Positions 49,127 through 58,684 of a DNA stretch of 58,684 bases are shown piece by piece. The notes under the pieces are model-generated. The model searched no databases and was not told the origin of the DNA. It was given only the letters and a program-made list of their open reading frames with translations. Made by a program: the position numbers and the translations under genes. The stretch is from positions 11,821,031-11,879,714 of the forward strand of contig NC_068989.1 of assembly GCF_001194135.2 (NCBI RefSeq), written 5' to 3'. The number at the start of each line of letters is the position of its first letter. Positions within the stretch are counted from its first letter, which is position 1. The DNA is from Octopus bimaculoides (taxonomy: Eukaryota).

Positions 49127-50228
49127 GTGGTGATGATGATGATGATAATAATAATCTCTTAAATAAGTATTTATCCCGAGTCAAATAGAGTAGAATATCT
49201 TACTCAAAGTTGAGGACAAAAACAGAAAGAAAACAACAACAATATCTAAAAGTGTGTGAATAAAAGAAGAGAAGGTTTGCAATGCAATGGGATAACAAGG
49301 TTATCGTGACTGTGACGCCATGTCTGTCATGCTGCATATCTAGATGGCATTAGATTTCTTAATTAAGATAAACAGACCAATTACTTGTCAACTTTGACAT
49401 ATTTTTAATTTGAAAGCACTGGCATGTGAAATCAGCTCTGTCAATGAAAACATTGATGTGAGAACGTTGGTAGGAACTCAAACGAAGCGAATCTTGAAAT
49501 AGATGATAGCCAATGATTATTTTAGCCCATCCCTCTTTGAAACAAATCTATTCCCAGGTTATGTGACGTCATCTCTTTTTCTATTTGACCTTTGATTACA
49601 TAGCGTATTAATTTCTAATCGAAGCACAAGGCCAGTTTTAGTATTTGAATATTGGGAAACTGGCAGCGTGAAATCGGTCACACTATACCGTTATATATTA
49701 GTTTATCTCATTCGAAACACGAGAAAGGCAAAACGACCTTAATGTGATTTGATATCAAAAAAATTGAGAATAGATGCTATAAAATACTAATCCAAAACAT
49801 TACATTTTCCGGTAAAGTTAGAACGAAGGAGCTTCTATATCGTCGCTCGATCGGAGAGAAATATCAGCCAAATAATTTTTCACAGCACACATTTCTCGTC
49901 TTGATTATGGACACATTTGATGGATAAGGAAAAGATAGAATATTTCAAATTGTATATTTTTCGAAAGCGCATCAAATCACCGACGCCGATGTTCTTTCAA
50001 CAAGCAGGAGATATTTCTATTTGACTATTAAACAATATGAACTTTGTATATGGCTGCAATTTGACATAAGCTCGAACTTTTCTTAGATATAAGAGTTGGA
50101 TAATGTAAAACTTCTGTGTAATACAGAACTAAACTTTGACTCGTTTCTAAATGTTATTGCTCAATATATAACACCCATGCAGTTTTCTTATAACGTTTCG
50201 CGGTTTGATTGACAAATATGCTTGAAAA

Positions 50229-50437
50229 ATCCTTTCTACCATAAGCGCAAGGCCTGAAATTTATGGTGAAGGTGTAAATCGATCACATCGACTCCAGTTC
50301 TTGACTGGTACTTAATTTATCGACCTCGAAAGGATGAAAGGCAAGTTCGACCTTAGCGGTATTTGAACTCAGAACGTAACGACAGGCGAAATGCTGCTAA
50401 GCATTTCGTCCAGTATGCTAACGATTCTGCCAGCTCG
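50229..50437 (-). mobile_element. SINE family B (B2 tail)
   Basis: Full match to the B consensus. Confidence 0.88.
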
Positions 50438-50462
50438 AATAATGACGTAGCATTTCTCAGGT

Positions 50463-50766
50463 GGTGGAGATGCAATGGCCCAATGGTTAGGGCAGCGGAC
50501 TCGCGGTTTCGATTCCCAGACCTGGCGTTGTGTGTGATTATTGAGCGAAAACACCTAAAAGCTCTACGAGGCTCCGGCAGGAGGTGGTGGCGACTCCTGT
50601 TGTACTCTTTCGCTCCAACTTTCTCTCACTCTTTCTTCCTATTTCTTGAGTAACGCTGCGATGGACTGACGTCCCGTCTAGCTGAGGGGAACACATACGC
50701 CATAGAAACCGGGAAACCAGACCCATCAGCCTGACTGGGCTTTAAAAGGGCGCATAATAAAAAAAA
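50463..50766 (+). mobile_element. SINE family C (H1+T2), full length with 11-bp TSD
   Basis: TSD atttctcaggt at 50452-50462 and 50767-50777; short deletion between two tcgcggt repeats in the head. Confidence 0.92.
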
Positions 50767-51146
50767 ATTTCTCAGGTCATGTTGATGGGAGTGACACGAC
50801 TAATTGTATTGGTGCAGGTTGGTTTTGAATGTTTTTCTTTTAGTCTGCGATATTATATCTAGGCATTTACATTTCAGGTGAAAGCCTCTTTATCGAGGAA
50901 GTACCATGTTCATACGGAATATGCAGAGAAGTACTGATGGTTGCTTGCAGTAACTATTGCATGACTACTTCATGCTTTATTAAGTATTTCTGCTTACGAT
51001 GATACAATCAGTCGTATATATAAATGTTTACTGCGCAACTTTTAAAGCATTGTGTAGTAGCCGAAGTTAAATGTCAATGAAAACCACGACATACATATGC
51101 ACGCAAACACACGCACACACACACACATACACATATATATATACAC

Positions 51147-51452
51147 TTTTACGTGTTTCCGTCATTTGACTGCAGCCATGCTGGAGCAGCATTATTAGTC
51201 AAACAGATCGACCCTAGGACTTAGTCTTTGTAAGCCTAGTACTTATTCTATCGGGCCCTTTGGCCAAACCGCTAAGTTACGGGGACATAAACACACCAGC
51301 ATCGGCTGTCAAGCGATGGTGGGGGAACAAACACAGACACACACACAAACAAACACACACACAAATATATACATATATATGCGACGGGCTTCTTTCAGTT
51401 TCCGTCTACCAAATCCACTCACAAGGCTTTGGGCGGCTCGAGGTTATTGTAG
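51147..51452 (-). mobile_element. SINE family A, 5'-truncated; older A 5' half at ~51715-51792 beyond (CTAC)/(TCTA)n
   Basis: Sequence match to other A copies. Confidence 0.85.
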
Positions 51453-51488
51453 GTACCTACCTACCTACCTACCTACCTACCTACCTAC

Positions 51489-51522
<34 letters not shown>

Positions 51523-51600
51523 GTCTGTCTGTCTGTCTGTCAGTCTATCTATCTACTTGCCTACCTACTTACCTACCTACCTACCTACCTACCTACCTAC

Positions 51601-51660
<60 letters not shown>

Positions 51661-53097
51661 ACACACACTATATTATATACAAGATGGGTTACCACACATT
51701 TTCTCCAAAACGTGTGGCAACTCATTCATTCACAAAACATCGATCGGCTCGGCGTAATAGAAGACACTTGCTCAAAGTGCCTCGCTGTGGGAATATATTT
51801 ATTAAATAATATGTTATGAGAATGAAAAAAAAAATATAGGGAAAATTCTGTCTTATGTTGCAGCCTTCAAACACCTGAAAGGTAACATATGGTGACTCAT
51901 TGAGATATAAACAAGTCTGGTCTGTAATTTATAGCAATATAATTCATAACGCCGCATTTGCTATTCCTTATGGGGTTCAATATTAAATCCTTAATCTTGA
52001 ACATTCTCTAACTCTCTCAATGGATGTCATTACGCCATCAATCTAATGCTTACCAGTATTTAAGCTTCCCCATCTCTTTGAAATTATTACAATCAATAAA
52101 ATATCTTACCATTATTATTAACTGTCATATCTCAACCTGAGGTGGTCTCCGACACCCCATGACCCGGTTGCGAGAAATAGCAGTCGAATCTACTTGAAAC
52201 TACGCCATCTCAAAAGGAAGTATACATTAATATGGTCTGAAAAAAAAAAAAAGAGATTGTATTGACATTGCTCGAATGCATTTGGGCGAATGTGTGCTAG
52301 GTTCGCAACCGACCCGGGGACAAACAACAGTAGAACTATCGCTGTCAGTCTCATAGACAGAAATAATGGGAACTGTTCTGATATATTTATGACAGACTTT
52401 CCCTTTCTCAATATCATATATTAATACCAAAATAATACCTCAGAAGGTTTCAGAACAGTAATTGCAATTGTCCGGACATCGTGCTACAATTTTCGATAAT
52501 ACTGAATACGAAGTTGCTTTTACTTTAAGGTTAGAAGCGCTTTAACATATGCGTTCTCTAAGATACAAGCAGTAAGAGCATAGGTCGTGATTCTCCGGAT
52601 ATTATTCCCCAATACTACGGAAAGGACACTTGACCGATGAGGCAATCTTCAGAATAAATCAAACGGATCTTACAGAATGAATGTTGCCAGCAGGAACAAT
52701 CTAGACTAGAACGGAATGATGGTTGTTGTCAATCATTTCTTACAATATACAACAAGTTACGCGTGCTCCAATAAAATTTCATTGCCTTTTCAGAATTTGG
52801 CAAGGTGTAACATACAAGGTAAAAGTGTTTCGTTCAAGCTAACGCGATCGATTAGGCAACAGTTATTGATGAGGAAATAAAACTGTACATATATTGCTCT
52901 CTCTCTCTCTAAATATATTTCTAATGGAAATAAATTTGTTTCTAAGTACAGCTACGCCAGAACATAAAACACCATACGCGTTTATAATGCGTAATAAAAA
53001 AAAAATGCGTACACGTACTCTGTCTGTCTCTCTCGTGCACACACGCATACTTATGTATATATACACACACACCCACACACACACACATATATATATG

Positions 53098-53171
<74 letters not shown>

Positions 53172-53642
53172 NNNNNNNNNNNNNNNNNNNNNNNNNNNNN
53201 NNNNNNNNNNNNNNNNNNNNNNNNNNNNNNNNNNNNNNNNNNNNNNNNNNNNNNNNNNNNNNNNNNNNNNNNNNNNNNNNNNNNNNNNNNNNNNNNNNNN
53301 NNNNNNNNNNNNNNNNNNNNNNNNNNNNNNNNNNNNNNNNNNNNNNNNNNNNNNNNNNNNNNNNNNNNNNNNNNNNNNNNNNNNNNNNNNNNNNNNNNNN
53401 NNNNNNNNNNNNNNNNNNNNNNNNNNNNNNNNNNNNNNNNNNNNNNNNNNNNNNNNNNNNNNNNNNNNNNNNNNNNNNNNNNNNNNNNNNNNNNNNNNNN
53501 NNNNNNNNNNNNNNNNNNNNNNNNNNNNNNNNNNNNNNNNNNNNNNNNNNNNNNNNNNNNNNNNNNCAAACAATATATGAGTATATGCATATATATGTAC
53601 ATGTATGTACATACCTTCATCTACATGTACATATAGATACAT

Positions 53643-53985
53643 ATCTGGGTACATGACGTTGCAAAAAAACATGGACAAAATGATAAACAAGGTACAAAAA
53701 ACAAGCAGGCCACATAAAGAACATATCATTCATCAGCTGCCACCATTAAAACACTGGCGTTTCGAAGGACGTATCGTTAAAATGGCTCTTCCCACGAACA
53801 CAAATAAAATTTGATCCATGGAAGATAGTAGCGGACGGGAAACAAGACATAAAAACGAAACGGTGAAATAATCAAACAAAAAGGCTGTACAGCCAGACGT
53901 GGAGAAGTGTGTGTATATTGAACGCTGTGAAGCACGAACTGGAGAGGCGAAGAAGTGCGTGCGAAGCTTAAGGAGTCCAAGACTG
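53643..53985 (-). repeat. Repeat H, diverged longer copy (possibly Penelope-derived)
   Basis: Shares gggtaca.gacgtt, ttcatcagctg and cgtttcgaag with 7820-7940. Confidence 0.55.
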
Positions 53986-53989
53986 TATA

Positions 53990-54150
53990 CAGGTGTGGTT
54001 GTGTGGTAAGAATCTTGCTTCCCAATCATACGGTTTCGGGATCAGTCTCACTGCGTGGCACTTTGGCCAAGTGTTTTCAACTATAGCCTCGGGACGACCA
54101 AAGCCTTATGAATGAATTTGGTAGACAGAAACTGAAAGGAATGTGTCGTA
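53990..54150 (+). mobile_element. SINE family A 5' half
   Basis: Match to the A head. Confidence 0.82.
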
Positions 54151-54212
54151 TGTATGATGTATTTATATGTATATACATCATATATGTATATGTATATGTA
54201 TATATATATGAG

Positions 54213-54375
54213 GTGTAGTATATTGCCACTTAAGTGTGGCTGACCCCTAGGGGTGGATGTTACTGTTGCTTTTAGCACCAGGAGGACATCTCCTCCAGGT
54301 GGCTTATCGACACACTACTGTGTCCTGTTTGCCAAGGGAAGTTATCCCTCCCAACTTCCCTTGGCAAACAGGACA
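54213..54375 (+). repeat. Repeat F with perfect 23-bp hairpin, running into gap
   Basis: 54321-54343 is the exact reverse complement of 54353-54375. Confidence 0.85.
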
Positions 54376-55536
54376 NNNNNNNNNNNNNNNNNNNNNNNNN
54401 NNNNNNNNNNNNNNNNNNNNNNNNNNNNNNNNNNNNNNNNNNNNNNNNNNNNNNNNNNNNNNNNNNNNNNNNNNNNNNNNNNNNNNNNNNNNNNNNNNNN
54501 NNNNNNNNNNNNNNNNNNNNNNNNNNNNNNNNNNNNNNNNNNNNNNNNNNNNNNNNNNNNNNNNNNNNNNNNNNNNNNNNNNNNNNNNNNNNNNNNNNNN
54601 NNNNNNNNNNNNNNNNNNNNNNNNNNNNNNNNNNNNNNNNNNNNNNNNNNNNNNNNNNNATATATATATATATATATATACATATATATAGGGAGAATGT
54701 GACGGGTGATTTCTAGATGTTAATATTCTTACGATTATCTGTGTGAAATATGTTACTATAAATAATGTAATAGGTTAATTCAGCATAAAATTGATCGAAT
54801 CTGTTCGATTTAAAGTTTTCGATAAACAACATTTTCAAGTCATTTCAGTATCGAACCATCCGGATATTTCTAAATGAGGAAATAGTATAACGTGAATATT
54901 TCACGCTAACATCAGCTGATAATGGATTTAGAGTTTGATATCTTCCAGTTTCTCAATCGATTATATTACGTGTGCCAAAAATTGCTACTTTATCTTGAAC
55001 ATTCTTCTAACATTGCATGGAAGCATCTCTCTCTCCCTCCCTATCTCCCTCTCTCTCAGTCTCTCTCTCTTTATCAATCTCTTTACTTAGTTTAATGAAA
55101 TGTAGCTTCAGGGTTTGGAGTTGTTTCCACTAGTTACGATCTTTAACAGATCAACCGTATTTTCTGGGTCAAAGTTCTTGTAATCTTTTGTAATATATTA
55201 TTGCCCGGAGTAATATCTAACGTTGGTGGCACATTGCTGCAAGAAACTTTTCTGATTGTTTTGGCATGATAACTAGCCTGAAAGTCATTTCTGTCGAATT
55301 ATAAATATATTGTTACATTTCCTCCAAAATGCAATTTCAACAGTTGTCAGTATGAGCGGAACGTCTCAGTTGATTATCTGCATGTAATTGTTAAAATGGC
55401 TTCTCAAACGTATAAGCACAATGAACATTATCATATGCAAGATACTAACAATCGACGTTTGAAGGAAACAGAGCTGTTGTTATTAAATGTTTACCTTTCT
55501 AAGAATGAGAGTAAAGATACCGTTGTGGATCTTCAG

Positions 55537-55865
55537 TAATCGTCGACGAAGGTTCGGGCGTTCGATCAACTGAATTACCTACCCCTGAATTAACGTCTAA
55601 GTGGCTGAGCGTTCCATGAGTACATGTGTCCCTAGCATTATTCTCAAGCAGAATTAACATGATACAGTATGGAGTAAGGTAGGGCTTCTGAAATAAGTTG
55701 AAAACACCCTTCTGGTTTCTATACAGTTTCTGTCTACTCTAGGTTCCCTCACAAGATTTGATCGAATCGAGGCTATATAAAATGAACATTAACCCCAAAT
55801 GCTACGCAGAGGGATTAAATTTCGCAACTGGGAAGCGTGAATCTTTTTCCACTCACTCTGCCATA
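55537..55865 (-). mobile_element. Old SINE-C T1 tail (55537-55697) and old SINE-A 5' half (55722-55865)
   Basis: Diverged matches seen by eye. Confidence 0.55.
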
Positions 55866-55872
55866 ATATGCT

Positions 55873-56308
55873 TATACTCTTTTACTCTTTTACTTGTTTC
55901 AGTCATTTGACTGTGGCCATGCTGGAGCACCGCCTTTTGTCGAGCAAATCGACCCCAAGACTTATTCTTTGTAAGCCTAGTACTTATTCTATCGGTCTCT
56001 TTGCCGAACTGCTAAGTTACGGGGACGTAAACACACCAGCATCGGTTGTCAAGCGATGTTGGGGGGGGGGGAATCACAGACACACAAACATATACACACA
56101 CACATACATATGCACATATACATACATACATACATACATACATACGACGGACTTCTTTCAGTTTCCGTCTACTAAATCCACTCACAAGGCTTTGGTCGGC
56201 CAAAGGCTATAGTGGAAGACACTTGCCCAAGGTGCCACACAATGGGACTGAACCCGGAACCATGCAGTTCTTAAGCAAGCTACTTACCGCATAGTTACTC
56301 CTGCGCCT
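55873..56308 (-). mobile_element. SINE family A, full-length reference copy
   Basis: 5' aggcgcaggagtaact, A- and B-box-like motifs, internal microsatellite, (gtaaaaga)n tail. Octopus tRNA-derived SINEs OK/OR1/OR2 are published, but I cannot verify which named family this is. Confidence 0.92.
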
Positions 56309-57496
56309 ATAAATATAAAATATATATGTCAGTATATGTTTCATGAAATATAACCCATGTATTTGTTGATTTGAAGGTGTTTAGCTCGTTTTGTAAATCT
56401 AGAAATGTTACTCGGAAAACGTGCATTTAATATTTCTAAATATCCGCTGCCATTTTGTATTTCAACAATTGTGATTCGTTGGGTGGATAAGAGAAAAGGA
56501 GGAGAGAAATTATCTATCATAACTTAATTTCGGTAATGAATCAGAAAATCCACAAGAACGACAGTACAGTATTGTTCAATTAATTATTCTTATCTCACAG
56601 AACTAAACTAAGTGATGTTCTCGACATATTTTAATTCGCCCATTCAACAGAAGCCATCTAAAACCGTATTACTGGGATTCGAAGACATAGTTGTTCCACC
56701 GAGTTTGCGTACAATTATACGTACGAGACGTTCGTAGAAGCAATACTGTCACGTTTCTCCTGCATTATCTGTTGCTAGTAATGACCAAACGATTTCTCAG
56801 GAAATAATAGCGTATCGAGCAGACGTTAACAAGTGAATTGTTAAGGTTGCAGGGTCTTTTCACAGAGCGATTCTCTCCCTAGAAACAACGTTATAATTGA
56901 ATCCTGCAGAGATTTTTCTTTTATACTACCAAGTTCAAGACGTTTATCGCCATTGTTGTATAGTACGGCTTAAGAATAATATCCAATGGGAAAAGACCAA
57001 AAAAAAAAACAAAAAAAAAACAGAACAAGAGAAAAAGAAAGGAAGAAAAATCCTTTCTGAGAATATCGTGTCCTAATGATGAGCCTAATGACCAAGTGTG
57101 TAAATGTATTAGTGTTGATTATAGAGGATAATTTCGAACCAATAAACGCTGGAACCACCATCATCACAAGCAGCAGCAGCAGGAGAACTCACACCACCAT
57201 CACCACCACCACCACCACCACAACAACAACACTACNNNNNNNNNNNNNNNNNNNNNNNNNNNNNNNNNNNNNNNNNNNNNNNNNNNNNNNNNNNNNNNNN
57301 NNNNNNNNNNNNNNNNNNNNNNNNNNNNNNNNNNNNNNNNNNNNNNNNNNNNNNNNNNNNNNNNNNNNNNNNNNNNNNNNNNNNNNNNNCCAATACCACC
57401 ACCACCATCACTGCCACCACCGTCCCCGGCATTTCCCTCACCATCATCACCATTATCACCATTATGTATGTATGTATGTATGTATGTATGTATCTA

Positions 57497-57537
<41 letters not shown>

Positions 57538-57621
57538 TTGTCTGTCTGTTTGTCTGTCTGCCTGCCCGCCTGTCTGTCTGTCTGTCTGTCTACCTGCCTG
57601 CCTACCTGCCTGCCTGCCTGC

Positions 57622-57694
<73 letters not shown>

Positions 57695-57700
57695 CATCTA

Positions 57701-57847
57701 TTCGTTCTCTGTCTACCAAATTCAGTCACAAGGCATTGGTCGGCCCAGAGCTATAGTAGAAGACACTCGTCCAAGTTGTCGTGCAGTGGAACCGAACCTG
57801 AGACCATGTGGCAGCAAAGCGAATGTCTCAATCACACACCCACACCA
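57701..57847 (-). mobile_element. SINE family A 5' half after (TCTG)/(TCTA)n
   Basis: Match to the A head. Confidence 0.8.
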
Positions 57848-57969
57848 AAGAAAGCAATTTTCCAAAAGATGAGAATGAATGATATAAAGTTTCATATGAC
57901 TGGAAAGAACAATTACAGGTAAAAAAAAAATATATATAATCTATTACCGAGAACAGCAGAAGGAGAAAA

Positions 57970-58405
57970 CGGGTCTAAGTATATACGAGTTACTACCTGA
58001 AGGCTCTTGGCAGTAAATTTTACACCTTGTTCCTGACAGTATTAACGATGAATAAGTTAGGGCCAGGAATAGGAAGATGCATAAAACATGTCATGAGTAA
58101 ATGACAATTTTGTAAATAGTAACAAACGAGGGAAGTATAAAATACCAGCCGTTAGAATAGCAAAATTCCAAAGTGACTCTTTCCATTTCTTTTCTGTCAG
58201 GCACTAACACCTTTGACCGACATGTTAAATATGACTTGACTTGCTAAAGAAAAAAAAATATCATAAGAAAATGAACAAACTTTTATATACGAACGAATAT
58301 CAGTTGTACTCTGCGGATGATAAACAACTGCAAACGTTGCTGCGAAAACTACAAGGATTTTCCACAAAGAATGATGCAAGTTCCGGATTAGAAAATGAGA
58401 CAAAG
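57970..58405 (+). mobile_element. R4/Dong-like reverse transcriptase remnant
   Basis: Frames give FLTVLTMNKLGPGIGRCIKHVMSK*, FQSDS, FCQALTPLTDMLN and LLYTNEYQLYSADDKQLQTLL. These are collinear with RT motifs FQGDSLSPLLFCLALTPL and LLYMDDLKLYA; the YxDD motif is decayed. Confidence 0.75.
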
Positions 58406-58421
58406 TTATCTTTTCTTTTTC

Positions 58422-58684
58422 AGGCAAGGGCCCGAAATTTTAGGGGACGGGGAGCCAGTAGATTAGATCGATCCCATTACACAACTGGTACTTAATTTAT
58501 CGACCCCGAAAGGATGAAAGGTAAAGTCGACCTCGGCTTAATTTGAACTCAGAACGTAAAGACAGACGAAATACCACTAAGCATTTTTCCCGGCGCGTTA
58601 ACGTTTCATATTTCTTTATTGCCCACAAGGAGATAAACATAGAGGGGACAAACAAGAACAGAAAAAGGGATTAAGTCGATTACA
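58422..58684 (-). mobile_element. SINE-B dimer: B2 copy (58422-58606) fused to the tail of a B1 copy (58607 to window end)
   Basis: Junction aataaagaaatat|gaaacgttaacgcgccggg in SINE sense. Confidence 0.88.

Noticed and set aside
56690-56900. Weak RTE-like wording (WSLLATD...FYERLVRII) on the minus strand
   Set aside because: Similarity too low to support without a profile search.

Overview
AT-rich, microsatellite-saturated eukaryotic draft-assembly DNA. About 8.2 kb (~14%) is N, in 21 gaps. The repeat landscape looks like an octopus genome; this is my pattern recognition, not a database hit. I find no convincing intact host protein-coding gene, rRNA, true tRNA or CRISPR array, so the window is most likely intronic or intergenic. 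Almost every ORF in the supplied track is translated microsatellite or N-run. What the sequence does support: (1) about 40 copies or fragments of three tRNA-headed SINE families, here called A, B and C, three of them with clear 11-14 bp TSDs; (2) decayed protein remnants of RTE LINEs, R4/Dong-like RLE retrotransposons (RT and C-terminus), an L1/Tx1 endonuclease, a probable Penelope GIY-YIG domain, a Helitron Rep fragment and a DD37D (maT) Tc1/mariner transposase; (3) several palindromic MITE-like elements and unclassified repeats. The most interesting signals are a minimal hammerhead-ribozyme-like motif with an unusual core insertion in a Penelope-like terminal repeat, SINE-B multimers with the same tail-to-head junction at two loci, head-by-tail module shuffling in SINE-C, recurrent fold-back SINE pairs, a 756-bp fold-back element, and an element embedded in (AAT)n. 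None of these is proven to be a new system. All coordinates are hand-read and approximate unless stated otherwise.
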